From an uncultured Candidatus Saccharibacteria bacterium (GTDB lineage: Bacteria; Patescibacteriota; Minisyncoccia; Phycocordibacterales; CAYSCM01), in the NCBI GenBank assembly GCA_964429815.1, contig CAYSCM010000001.1, forward strand, positions 128,001-192,000: a stretch of DNA of 64,000 nt. The letters run 5' to 3'. Shown here piece by piece: positions 18,889 through 28,061 of this stretch. Position 1 is the stretch's first letter. Each line of letters begins with the position of its first letter. The notes beneath the pieces were generated by a model. That model ran no database searches. It saw only the letters and a program-made list of their open reading frames with translations, and had not been told where the DNA came from. The translations under genes and the position numbers were made by a program.

Positions 18889-19386
18889 GTGGTGGAGTCG
18901 ACGCGAGTTCGCTATTCTTTGCCAGCTACCATACGCAAAGGTTTTTGGCTTCGTCATAGCACTCCAAACAAAACTTCAAGCGAGGACGACATGGCAGCCG
19001 ATAGAGAAACATACTGGTATTGGTACACCTCCGGCGTTACCAGTGAATCGAAACTCGATGAGATGAGAAAATTCCAGCTTCGGGATGTACTCGACTTTGG
19101 TTCCGAAGTCCCGGAGTTTGAGTTCGACAGCGACGCACTTGTTGAAGCTGCCTGTCTTCATCTCAGCGTACACCAAATTTCCCTTCGCGGCGCATGGGAG
19201 CATGTCAAATGTTGCGAGGCGTGTCTGACATGGGCTCGCAAGAAGAAACATCTGTGGGAGCTTGCCACGGATCAATGTCTCCGCGCCGGAGGGACGAATC
19301 TTGAAGAATTTCGACGGGCCGTTGAACGACCCCGTCGGGAAGAAATGAGGAAGCATCTCGGCATGAGTGTACGGAAAGGTAACTAA
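18889..19386 (+). CDS. Hypothetical protein (Cys-containing, 165 aa; start may be the internal Met at 18991)
   Basis: ORF followed by a terminator. Confidence 0.5.
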   Translation: MVESTRVRYSLPATIRKGFWLRHSTPNKTSSEDDMAADRETYWYWYTSGVTSESKLDEMRKFQLRDVLDFGSEVPEFEFDSDALVEAACLHLSVHQISLRGAWEHVKCCEACLTWARKKKHLWELATDQCLRAGGTNLEEFRRAVERPRREEMRKHLGMSVRKGN

Positions 19387-19397
19387 CGACACCGGAA

Positions 19398-19426
19398 CCC
19401 CGCGGAACCCCCGCGGGGCTTCTTTT
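19398..19426 (+). terminator. Rho-independent terminator
   Basis: ccccgcgg-aaccc-ccgcgggg then cttctttt. Confidence 0.8.
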
Positions 19427-19451
19427 GGGAGTCGTCAGGGTAGTCAATCAG

Positions 19452-19525
19452 GGTGCCCCCGCGAGGAATCGAACCCCGATCAGCGGCTTAGAAGTCCGCA
19501 GTTTTATCCATTAAACTACGGGGGC
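19452..19525 (-). tRNA. tRNA-Arg (anticodon TCT)
   Basis: Reverse complement GCCCCCGTAGTTTAATGGATAAAACT-GCGGA-CTTCTAA-GCCGC-TGAT-CGGGGTTCGATTCCTCG-CGGGGGCA. Confidence 0.85.
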
Positions 19526-19548
19526 AAGGCATCGCCACTCTAGCAACC

Positions 19549-19872
19549 TCACCTGCGAGGGTCAACGAGCGAGGGCTGTTGCGAGAGCGCTCGCTCAAAA
19601 TCACTGCTGCGCGCCCGCCACGCGGAAAGCACGTCGGAGAGCTTCGCGCGATCGACCGTGAGCGTCGGTTGGAGAGCGGACTCCGGAGCGGAAAAATCGC
19701 CGGAGCGAACACGCAGATACATCCACACGGAAAGCGAACACATGAGGAGCGTGAGGATAAGCGCCACGAAAAGCAGGGCCGTCCAGTCGCCCGCAGGGTT
19801 ACGCATCCGCGCGCGTGATACTAAGCGTTTACGTAGCCACCCTCCGAGGTCTTTGAGCGATATGTCTTTCAT
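19549..19872 (-). CDS. Small membrane protein; 4th gene of the pilM-pilN-pilO operon (PilP-position, function unassigned)
   Basis: ATG overlaps the upstream pilO stop (ATGA); single TM helix. Confidence 0.55.
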   Translation of the reverse strand: MKDISLKDLGGWLRKRLVSRARMRNPAGDWTALLFVALILTLLMCSLSVWMYLRVRSGDFSAPESALQPTLTVDRAKLSDVLSAWRARSSDFERALSQQPSLVDPRR

Positions 19873-20408
19873 GGTGCGAGTTTGGAAAAATGCGCCGTAA
19901 TGGAGGCGGACCACTGTGTCGAAGAAGCCAGATCGAAACGTGTGAATCGTGCGAACGATATGCCGCCAACGATGGGAAGTTTTTCGAACTGGTAGAGGTA
20001 GCGCATGACGCCGCCGAAGGTGCCGGAGAGTTTGATCGCTATTGGCACGCCTTCGAGGACGGAAGTCTTCGTCGCTTTCTCGACGTTCACGGAATCGACG
20101 GAAAGGTCCACGCGGCTTGTCCGACCTATCTCTTCGATGGTCTTGAGAAAGTCGACGACTCCGTCCTGACCCACGAAATAGGTGTCTGCCTCCCGTCGCG
20201 CCGATGCGGTATCACCAAGGAGCGCCTTGAGGCCGCGTAATTGCTCTTCCTTCTGGGAACTCTGGGTCAACTCGCCGCTGATTCCGGCGGTTTCTTCATT
20301 AATAGCGGTTATCCTGCCGTACACGTACAGCAGCGACGCCCCCGCGACGAACGTGAAGAGGGTCGCGAGCATGAGAGGGACACTTTTACGCAAGACATTC
20401 ATGGTCAA
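19869..20408 (-). CDS. Type IV pilus assembly protein PilO-like
   Basis: N-terminal TM helix, then a coiled coil and a periplasmic domain; translationally coupled between the pilN-like gene and the next gene. Confidence 0.65.
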   Translation of the reverse strand: MTMNVLRKSVPLMLATLFTFVAGASLLYVYGRITAINEETAGISGELTQSSQKEEQLRGLKALLGDTASARREADTYFVGQDGVVDFLKTIEEIGRTSRVDLSVDSVNVEKATKTSVLEGVPIAIKLSGTFGGVMRYLYQFEKLPIVGGISFARFTRFDLASSTQWSASITAHFSKLAP

Positions 20409-20941
20409 AACAGGCCCGTAAGGGTGAGGATGAAGTCGACGTCGCTATCTTTGGCAAGATCGGAGACGGGAAGGATCACGGAGGAAAAGAGCGCCTCCTT
20501 TTTGAGCTCCTTGTGGTAGGACAACAGCGCGTCGCGCGTGCTCGCGATGCCCACAACCACCAGCTCTCCTCCCTGATCGCGCTTTGTGTAGCTTATATCG
20601 TTGACGCGAACACCGGAGGGCCGTACCCCAAGTGCCGCTTCCACGGCGCTAAAGAGCTTCCCGGTACTTTGACTTCCCGACAGAACGCCGAGTTTTTCTT
20701 TAAGCGCCGCTATTTCGCTGGAGGGCGCCTCTTTTTCTTCCGCAGCAAGGATCGCATCGAGGTTTTCTTTGGCAAGCGTCGCCTCGCGGTTTTTGGAGAG
20801 AGAAAAAATGTACGTGGGAAGAAGCGAGACGGCGCCGATGAGAAACACGACCCCGAGGAGCGTGACGGCTGCTGCCGCAAGGCGGATATAGTAGCTAAGC
20901 CGAAGGGCTCGGCGGGTTTCCCGATCGATAAGGTTGATCAT
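20405..20941 (-). CDS. Type IV pilus assembly protein PilN-like
   Basis: MINLIDRETRR... N-terminus, TM helix and coiled coil, as in the fimbrial assembly PilN family; ATGA overlap with the pilM stop. Confidence 0.7.
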   Translation of the reverse strand: MINLIDRETRRALRLSYYIRLAAAAVTLLGVVFLIGAVSLLPTYIFSLSKNREATLAKENLDAILAAEEKEAPSSEIAALKEKLGVLSGSQSTGKLFSAVEAALGVRPSGVRVNDISYTKRDQGGELVVVGIASTRDALLSYHKELKKEALFSSVILPVSDLAKDSDVDFILTLTGLF

Positions 20942-21966
20942 AATCGTCGCAACGCAAGCCCCGCGACCGTCGCGTAGCCGAGCGAGTGCGGGCGGTCGAT
21001 CGGCGGTATGTAATCGTCGAAGGAGAACGCGTTGACCCAGACGTTGCCAAGCGACACCGGCACCTTGAGGCTCTGCGAGAGATACTCGGAGAGCCCGATA
21101 AGGTTGCCGTTGCCGCCGCACAGTACGAGTTCGTCTATCTTCGGGTAGGGGCGATTATCTGGCGTCTTGCGTGAATTCCAGTATATGAAATGGCGATTTA
21201 TCTCGTCTTTGAGCGCTGCGATGGTGTTCATGAGGGAACTCCACAGTTCGGTATCCGTTTGGCTTCGGGTAAAGCCCTGTTCGTTCTTGCGTCGCTCGGC
21301 CTCTTTTTCGTCGACGTTGAACGTCTTGCGAATGGCCGCGGTGAGCGCATTGCCGCCGACCTCGACGGTCGCGGTAAAAAGAAGTTTGCCCGAGGAGACG
21401 ATCGCAAGCCCCGTACGCGCCCGGCCGAAGTCGACGACGAAGTACGTTCTACCGCTTCCCCGTGGAATGAGAGACCGAGCGATGGCTTGGGCCTCTATTT
21501 CAAACGATAGCGCCGTGAGGCCCGCCTTTGAAAAAGCGCTCTGGTAAGCCTCGACGATGGAGCGGCTGTAAACGGAGACAATGACACTCTGGCCTTCGGC
21601 AGACGGCGCCGCGAGCGGTTCATAATCAAACACTGCCTCCGCGCTCCCGACCGGCACGTTTTCCTCGAGGTGAAACTCGATGACGGTACGCTCTTCGGAG
21701 GGAGCCGCATCGGCGGGTACGTTCGTCTGAAAGAGATAGGCCTCCTCTTCCGGAAGCGATGCGCGGACGTACTCAAGATGCTCTTCTTTTCGCAGCTTGC
21801 CGAGAATACTTGCAAGAGCGTCGATGTCCTTGATGAGCCCTCCCTCGACAATGCCGGGCGCGATCGGGCGATCCCCGAACCTTCCTATACGAAGCTCTCC
21901 AGGGTGTCCGACAAACTCCAAAAACTTGACTGACGAATCGGATATGTCGATGCCGACCGATGGCAT
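20938..21966 (-). CDS. pilM: Type IV pilus assembly ATPase-like protein PilM (actin/FtsA fold)
   Basis: MPSVGIDISDSSVKFLEF... N-terminus and FtsA-like architecture. Confidence 0.85.
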   Translation of the reverse strand: MPSVGIDISDSSVKFLEFVGHPGELRIGRFGDRPIAPGIVEGGLIKDIDALASILGKLRKEEHLEYVRASLPEEEAYLFQTNVPADAAPSEERTVIEFHLEENVPVGSAEAVFDYEPLAAPSAEGQSVIVSVYSRSIVEAYQSAFSKAGLTALSFEIEAQAIARSLIPRGSGRTYFVVDFGRARTGLAIVSSGKLLFTATVEVGGNALTAAIRKTFNVDEKEAERRKNEQGFTRSQTDTELWSSLMNTIAALKDEINRHFIYWNSRKTPDNRPYPKIDELVLCGGNGNLIGLSEYLSQSLKVPVSLGNVWVNAFSFDDYIPPIDRPHSLGYATVAGLALRRL

Positions 21967-22079
21967 GGTAAGAAAGCGCGGCGGCGGAAAGAGCCGCAAA
22001 TAGAGAGGGGTTGTGGTGCGCGCAAGGGACATAGATCTTGTCCTTAGTATAGCGCGCCGCCGCGCGCACAAAAAAGAAT

Positions 22080-22427
22080 CTAGCGCAGCCGCATCCCGGC
22101 CGGAACGTCGCGCGAGGGGTGGAGGAGCGAAAATCGTCCTTCATCGTCGGTCGCGGCAAGTATCATGCCCTGGCTTTCAAGCCCCCTGATGACGCGCGGC
22201 TCGAGATTGGCAACGAACAAACACTCCTTGCCGATGAGCTCGGTGAGGTCGGGGAAGTACGCCGCAATACCGGACACTATCTGCCGCGACCCACCCTCCC
22301 CGAGGTCCACAGAAAGGCGCAGGAGCTTATCCGTCTGCGGTACCCGCTCCGCAGAAAGAATTTTTCCTATACGCAGGTCGAGCTTTTTGAAATCGTCGAG
22401 AGAAATGAGCGGCTTTTCTTCAGGCAT
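22080..22427 (-). CDS. tRNA-binding domain protein (CsaA / EMAP-like)
   Basis: DLRIGKILSAERVPQTDKLLRLSVDLGEGGSRQIVSGIA. Confidence 0.85.
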   Translation of the reverse strand: MPEEKPLISLDDFKKLDLRIGKILSAERVPQTDKLLRLSVDLGEGGSRQIVSGIAAYFPDLTELIGKECLFVANLEPRVIRGLESQGMILAATDDEGRFSLLHPSRDVPAGMRLR

Positions 22428-22818
22428 GGCGATGTTTTGCCAGGTAGTTTTCTAAAATAATAGCGGCGGCGGAGGCATCGCTTGCTTTCCCTTTCCCTTT
22501 TTCTTTCCCTTGAAAGCGGCTCGCCTCGAAGGAGGAAAAATGTTCCGGTTCAAGCTCGACCGGGATGCCGAGCTCACGTTCAAGATCAGCTTTAAAGCGA
22601 CGGATTTCGGCCATGATGGGATTTTCTGCACCGGCGTGCGTCACCGACTCACCGATCACGACCGTGGCGACGCTCTTTTCACGCACGAGCTCGGCAACAT
22701 CAGGAAGAAGCATACGGTCATTGGGAAAAACGGCGTGCGGCAAGGCGATGTTTCCCTCCTCGTCGGTGAGAGCGATCCCGACGCGGTTTCTGCCGTAGTC
22801 GATACCCATGAGCCGCAT
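22420..22818 (-). CDS. ruvX: Holliday-junction resolvase-like YqgF/RuvX
   Basis: MRLMGIDYGRNRVGIALTD. Confidence 0.9.
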   Translation of the reverse strand: MRLMGIDYGRNRVGIALTDEEGNIALPHAVFPNDRMLLPDVAELVREKSVATVVIGESVTHAGAENPIMAEIRRFKADLERELGIPVELEPEHFSSFEASRFQGKEKGKGKASDASAAAIILENYLAKHRHA

Positions 22819-22972
22819 AATGATTTAGAGAGAGGCGATGACGGAGGGAGCGCCGAGGAGAATGACGCCGAGGAGAACCGCGGAAATCACTATCCCTATG
22901 ACCATCATCGCATCGCGCATGTACGCACAATAGCACAATTTTGTCGCCTCGACCGAGTGGTGTACTGGATGA

Positions 22973-23455
22973 GTGGAGGAGTATAAAAGAAATCCGAACG
23001 TCGCCTGCGCGAGGTGTGGGAAACAAATTTATCGAAGACCGGGAGAACTTCAAAAAAGCGGGGGGCGGGCATTTTGTGGACAAGTATGTTACGGAATCTC
23101 CCAACGAAAAGAAAGACCCTGTGTCGTATGCGGAGCTCCAATCCTTGCAAGCGCCCATAAGAAAACCTGTAGTCGGGGCTGTGCAAACACAAACCGCGCA
23201 GGACTTACCTACAATGGACGACGTCCGAAGGATAAAGTCGTATACCAACGTGGTCTAAAGATTCGGCTGCTTGCTCTACGCGGACCTGCGTGCGAGAGAT
23301 GTGGATACAATAAAATTCAGATCCTCAACGTTCATCACAAAGATAGGAATCGCAAGCACAATGAAATGTCAAATCTCGAATTACTTTGCCCGAACTGTCA
23401 CGCTGAAGAGCACTATCTGGAAAAGAATCTGGTTAATGATAAGGTGCTCACATAG
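22973..23455 (+). CDS. HNH endonuclease with zinc-ribbon repeats
   Basis: Three CxxC pairs and an HNH core NVHHKDRNRKHNEMSNLELLCPNCHAEEH. Confidence 0.8.
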   Translation: MEEYKRNPNVACARCGKQIYRRPGELQKSGGRAFCGQVCYGISQRKERPCVVCGAPILASAHKKTCSRGCANTNRAGLTYNGRRPKDKVVYQRGLKIRLLALRGPACERCGYNKIQILNVHHKDRNRKHNEMSNLELLCPNCHAEEHYLEKNLVNDKVLT

Positions 23456-23538
23456 GGAAGGGTGCTCCGAATGGTAAGGAACCGGTCTTGAAAACCGGCG
23501 CCCGCAAGGGCTTGTGGGTTCGAGTCCCACCCCTTCCG
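23456..23538 (+). tRNA. tRNA-Ser (anticodon TGA), type II
   Basis: GGAAGGGTGCTCCGAATGGTAAGGAAC-CGGTC-TTGAAAA-CCGG-CGCCCGCAAGGGCTT-GTGGGTTCGAGTCCCAC-CCCTTCCG. Confidence 0.88.
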
Positions 23539-23541
23539 CAG

Positions 23542-25206
23542 ATGAATGCTACGATTATTTCCATGAACCCGCTTGCGGACGAGTTGCGCGCCGTCGTGAA
23601 GGGAGAGGTCCTCGATTCTCCCGAGGCACTCGAGCGCGCAAGTCGCGATGCCAGCCTCTTTCGCGTCGTGCCGGAGGTGGTAGTACAGCCGCGCGACGCG
23701 AATGATCTCTGCACACTTGTGCGGTTTGCGACAGAACAAAAAAAGGCCGGCCGTCACATCTCCCTCACGGCGCGCTCCGCGGGCACCGACATGAGCGGTG
23801 GCCCCTTGGGAGATTCCATCATTGTGGATATGACGGCGCACTTTACCCGCACCCTTGAGGTGGGAGAGGGGTACGCTATCGTCGAGCCAGGCGTCTATTT
23901 CCGCGACTTCGATGCGAAAACGGCCGAGAAAGGGCTTGAGCTTCCAAGTTATACCGCATCCCGGCGAATAAATACCGTAGGCGGTATGGTCGGCAACGAT
24001 TCCGGGGGCGAAAAAAACCTCAAGTACGGTAAAACCGCCCGCTACGTCGAGGAGTTGGAGGTAGTGCTTGCGGATGGCAAAACCCACACGCTTCGCGCCC
24101 TCGAGGGCAAGGCTCTCGGCAATAAACTGCGCGAGGAAAGCTTCGAAGGGGAACTCTACCGGAAGGTTGCAGCGCTCCTCCAAGAGCATCGTAGCGAAAT
24201 TGAACAGGCCAAGCCCGTCGTGTCGAAAAATTCCTCCGGCTATGCGCTGTGGGACATTGGCGACGGAAGCAGCCGGCTCGATCTCGCACGGCTCATGGTG
24301 GGCTCGCAAGGAACGCTTGGCATCGTGACCAAGATGCGCTTCAAGCTCGTACGCCCGAAGCCCTATTCGTCGATGCTCATCATCTTCCTGCGCGACCTTG
24401 CCGACCTGCGTGAGCTTGTTCCGGCTGCGCTTACCCACGGACCAGACAGCTTTGAAAGTTACGACGACAAGACCTTTTCGCTTGCCATACGATACTTCCC
24501 TGAATTCGCCGCGCAGCTTAAATCCGGCGTCCTCGGGCTCTTCCTCTCCTTTCTTCCCGAACTTTGGATGCTCCTGCGCGGTGGCGTCCCGAAGCTCGTT
24601 CTTCTCATAGAGTTTCGCGCCGAAACGCAAGCAGAAGCGTTTAATGCCACAAAGCGTCTGCAGACTGATATCGAAAAGCTCGGACTTCACGAAGCCATGC
24701 GCATCTCGCCCGACGAACGGCATTCGGGTAAATACTGGGCCATCCGCCGCGAGAGCTTCAACCTGCTGCGTAAAAAGGTGCGCGGCATGCGCACCGCTCC
24801 CTTTATCGACGATTTCGTGGTGCCCCCCTCCTCACTCCCTGAATTCCTTCCAAAACTTCAGGAGATCCTCTCGCGCTATGATCTTACCTACACCGTGGCG
24901 GGACACGTGGGTGACGGGAATTTTCACATCATTCCGCTCATCGACCCAAAGCGCGACGGTATAGCCGAGCTCATCGAGAAACTGAGCCACGAGGTGTATG
25001 AGCTCGTGCTTTCCTTCCATGGTTCAATAACCGGAGAACATAATGACGGGCTCGTGCGCACCCCGTGGGTCCCGAAAATGTTCGGCCCCGTCATGCTCTC
25101 ACTCTTTGTCGACGTGAAGAACATGTTCGACCCGCTCGGCATTTTCAACCCGGGGAAGAAAGTCGGGACGACCTTTGCGCAAGCACAGGCGCACCTTGAC
25201 CTATAA
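23542..25206 (+). CDS. FAD-linked oxidase (GlcD / D-lactate dehydrogenase-like, PCMH-type FAD-binding)
   Basis: VVVQPRDANDLCTLVRFA...RSAGTDMSGGPLGDSIIVDMT; C-terminal GSITGEHNDGLVRTPWV. Confidence 0.85.
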   Translation: MNATIISMNPLADELRAVVKGEVLDSPEALERASRDASLFRVVPEVVVQPRDANDLCTLVRFATEQKKAGRHISLTARSAGTDMSGGPLGDSIIVDMTAHFTRTLEVGEGYAIVEPGVYFRDFDAKTAEKGLELPSYTASRRINTVGGMVGNDSGGEKNLKYGKTARYVEELEVVLADGKTHTLRALEGKALGNKLREESFEGELYRKVAALLQEHRSEIEQAKPVVSKNSSGYALWDIGDGSSRLDLARLMVGSQGTLGIVTKMRFKLVRPKPYSSMLIIFLRDLADLRELVPAALTHGPDSFESYDDKTFSLAIRYFPEFAAQLKSGVLGLFLSFLPELWMLLRGGVPKLVLLIEFRAETQAEAFNATKRLQTDIEKLGLHEAMRISPDERHSGKYWAIRRESFNLLRKKVRGMRTAPFIDDFVVPPSSLPEFLPKLQEILSRYDLTYTVAGHVGDGNFHIIPLIDPKRDGIAELIEKLSHEVYELVLSFHGSITGEHNDGLVRTPWVPKMFGPVMLSLFVDVKNMFDPLGIFNPGKKVGTTFAQAQAHLDL

Positions 25207-25228
25207 GGGTATACTACAGAGAAGTTCT

Positions 25229-25711
25229 ATGGAGACCATTTCGTGGCAGGCCTACGAGTACGAGCACCGAGAGCGCAGTGCCGACTGGTACTGGGCGCTC
25301 GGCATTCTCGCCATCGCCGCTGCGGTTACCGCGATACTTTTCAGCGATATTCTCTTCGGGGTCCTTATACTTATCGCCGCGTTCACGATGGCGCTCTTTG
25401 CCGCCCGGCCGCCGCGACTCCTCACGTTTGAGATCGGAGAGCGGGGCATCAAGGTCGGCCGTCACTTCTTTCCTTACCTATCGCTCCATTCTTTCTGGGT
25501 CGAAACCGGACATGAGGGGCATCGCCCTGCGCTCATTTTACGCTCCAAGAAGGCGCTTTCCCCGCACATCGTGCTTCCGCTTTCCTCACGAAACCCCTCC
25601 GTCCGCTTCCCCGACCCGCACGAGGTGCGCGATAGCGTGCTGAGCAAGCTTCCGGAGGAAGAGCAGCGTGAATCGCTCGCAGAGCATCTCCTTGAATTCT
25701 TTGGATTTTAA
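25229..25711 (+). CDS. Hypothetical membrane protein
   Basis: Two adjacent TM helices, then a soluble C-terminal domain. Confidence 0.55.
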   Translation: METISWQAYEYEHRERSADWYWALGILAIAAAVTAILFSDILFGVLILIAAFTMALFAARPPRLLTFEIGERGIKVGRHFFPYLSLHSFWVETGHEGHRPALILRSKKALSPHIVLPLSSRNPSVRFPDPHEVRDSVLSKLPEEEQRESLAEHLLEFFGF

Positions 25712-25875
25712 ATGAAAACCGCCCCGCCTTTTGCGGGACGTGTTGTGCGTGCATTTGTGCTTTTCCGGCGGGAGCGAGCTTATATTTTGAAATGCCTTAC
25801 GGATAGCCGGCTTGTTGAGCAGAGAAACTCCGAGCACGAAATATCGTGCATTTCAAAATATATGCGAGCGGAGTT

Positions 25876-26586
25876 CTATTGCTCTTGAAAGCGCGGGACG
25901 ATTCCCACGGTGACCGCGCGGGAAACAGCACCACCGCCTGAGGCAATGCACGATAGCGTGTACGTGCTCTGTGAGGTGAGGGCTGGTGTATGGGTCGTGC
26001 CGGATAGGCCGGAGCTAGAGACTCCTGGCCCGGCAATGGAACAACCGGTGACGTTGCTTGCCGACCACGTGATGGTAGAGGCTTCACCCGAGCGGACAGT
26101 CGCCGGATTCGCCGTCACGGAAAGGCCTGCCGTGCTTACGGTGACATTCACGGTCGCTTGACTGCCGTTGCTGCAAACGAGAGTGTAGGTCGTGCTTGAG
26201 GAGGGCGTTACGTTGACATTTCCGGACGTAGCTCCGCCGGTCGAAAAGTTGCTACCCGAGGAGCTTGCGGAGTTAATGCAGCTCCAGGCGAGCTTCACGG
26301 TGCTTCCGGAAAGGATCGTAATACTTGAGCCCGAGCCGCCGCCACCCGGCGTCTGATCAGTGCCCGTAAAGGTTGGGGTGCACTCGCCTGCAATATGCGC
26401 ATAAGAAGGGCATGAAGCGGGAACGACGCCGCCTCCCGAAGCTCCATTTGGCGAGTACGCGACGACCCCGAGCTCTACCGAGTTTTCCGCGAGGGGAAAC
26501 GGGCTCTGTGTTGCCATGACGAGAAGTGCGACAACGCCAAGAGAAAAGATGAGGACGATTTCCCGGACGCCGAGAGATTTACCCAT
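25876..26586 (-). CDS. Secreted/surface S-T-G-rich repeat protein (Ig-like TYTL(V/S)C repeats)
   Basis: Signal/TM N-terminus, low-complexity Gly/Ser/Thr tracts, repeated TYTLxC motifs. Confidence 0.65.
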   Translation of the reverse strand: MGKSLGVREIVLIFSLGVVALLVMATQSPFPLAENSVELGVVAYSPNGASGGGVVPASCPSYAHIAGECTPTFTGTDQTPGGGGSGSSITILSGSTVKLAWSCINSASSSGSNFSTGGATSGNVNVTPSSSTTYTLVCSNGSQATVNVTVSTAGLSVTANPATVRSGEASTITWSASNVTGCSIAGPGVSSSGLSGTTHTPALTSQSTYTLSCIASGGGAVSRAVTVGIVPRFQEQ

Positions 26587-26622
26587 GTTCCTATGATACG
26601 TAAAGTGCGCCAGCGCAGGAAA

Positions 26623-27345
26623 TCAGTTCTCAACAAGGGCTAGGTTGCGAGCGATCGCGCTCCTCATTTCGGAAACACCGTGCGCTGCGACGGCTGGGTC
26701 ATTGCCGGGATACGCTCTATCCCACTGCTCCGGCGTGAGTTTTGTGGCTGCAACTTTGGCCGCGAGAAATTCCTGCCGCGCCTCTTCCCTTTTGCCGAGG
26801 TTGAGGAGGGCCGAACCATGCGAGAGGAGGAGCCATGGGTTCGCAGCATCAAACTGGAGTGCGTAGCGCGTCTGCGCCTCAGCCTCGGCAAATCTTCCCT
26901 GCGAGAAATACATCCAGGCGAGGTCATTATTGGCGGCCCAATTATGCGGATCCCAGGAGAGAAACGTTTGGAAATCCTTCTGCGCCGCCGGGTAGTTTTT
27001 CTGGTAGCCCTCAATAAGCCCCCGAATGTAGTAGGAGGCCATAAGCGAATTTCCGTGAAGTTCGAGTTGTTTGTTGATCTTCACGAGCGCCGAATCGAAA
27101 TTCCCTCGTAAAAAATCGATGCGCGCGAGCTGATGCCACGCATCAGGCACCGAGGGATCAAGCGCAAGCGCCTTCTCAAAATAGTTCTGCGCACGATCGA
27201 GGTCATACTCCCCTTTTCCATCAACATTAAAGTAGTAGTTTCCGCGTTCGAGTGCCTGCTTCGCTGTGAGTGAGATGGGGACTGTGAGAAAAGCTCCCAC
27301 CCCCCAAAAAGCCAAAATTGAGAAGCCCAAAATCCATTTCATCAA
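26623..27345 (-). CDS. TPR-repeat protein with signal peptide
   Basis: Signal peptide, then 5-6 TPR-like helix pairs (A..A..Y....A). Confidence 0.78.
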   Translation of the reverse strand: MMKWILGFSILAFWGVGAFLTVPISLTAKQALERGNYYFNVDGKGEYDLDRAQNYFEKALALDPSVPDAWHQLARIDFLRGNFDSALVKINKQLELHGNSLMASYYIRGLIEGYQKNYPAAQKDFQTFLSWDPHNWAANNDLAWMYFSQGRFAEAEAQTRYALQFDAANPWLLLSHGSALLNLGKREEARQEFLAAKVAATKLTPEQWDRAYPGNDPAVAAHGVSEMRSAIARNLALVEN

Positions 27346-27484
27346 GTAATTGTACGACAGAGACCCTTGAAATCCTTCTTTCCTATTGGGAAATATCGAA
27401 GTGTCTTGACAAAACTACAAAAAAGGTTATAGTGGTTTCCAGATAGGCTCTCGCGGTGAGAGCCCCAACCAGGAGTATCTTTCC

Positions 27485-27961
27485 ATGAAAATCGCCTTCT
27501 TGGGGTTCATCGCGGCTCTCGCCGCGCTGAGCTCCCCCACTCTTGCGTCGGACCCCGTTCCTGTAAACGAGGCGCCGTACGCGAAGAAGCTTCGTCCCGT
27601 GCAGCTCGCGGCCGATCCGGCCATGCCAACCAAGGCGCCGATGGGCCAGGATCTCATGAATATCTTGGCCATCTGTTCGACAAAGTCTCCGGGCGGCATT
27701 CCGGGTCGGTACTCTGCGGGACGCAGCGGTCGCACCTGGATCCATGTGAGCCGGGATGCCAGCGGTAAGTTCATCGTCAAGACCAAGAACGACTTTTCCA
27801 TCTTGGTCCTCACCGAGGTCAACAGTTATTCGGTGAACGGCATGAACATCACCGTCAAGACGATGCAGACGACCTGGACCGCTAGCTACGATCCCGGCTC
27901 GAAGAGCCTGTCGGGCTCCATGCCGGGCGGTACGCTCACATACGACCTCAGCGGCTGTTGA
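27485..27961 (+). CDS. Secreted hypothetical protein
   Basis: Signal peptide MKIAFLGFIAALAALSSPTLAS; terminator follows. Confidence 0.65.
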   Translation: MKIAFLGFIAALAALSSPTLASDPVPVNEAPYAKKLRPVQLAADPAMPTKAPMGQDLMNILAICSTKSPGGIPGRYSAGRSGRTWIHVSRDASGKFIVKTKNDFSILVLTEVNSYSVNGMNITVKTMQTTWTASYDPGSKSLSGSMPGGTLTYDLSGC

Positions 27962-27987
27962 GGTTCCTGCCCGACAAACGAAACCAG

Positions 27988-28019
27988 GGCACGATTCGCT
28001 AGAATCGTGCCTTTTTTTC
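27988..28019 (+). terminator. Rho-independent terminator; marks the left edge of the low-GC island
   Basis: ggcacgattc-gcta-gaatcgtgcc then ttttttt. Confidence 0.85.
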
Positions 28020-28061
28020 TTTAACTGTTTGCTTCAGGCAATTGAGCTTCTATACTATTTT

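Noticed and set aside
23413-24723. 436-aa minus-strand ORF
   Set aside because: Antisense to the well-supported FAD-linked oxidase (23542..25206 +), and overlaps tRNA-Ser.
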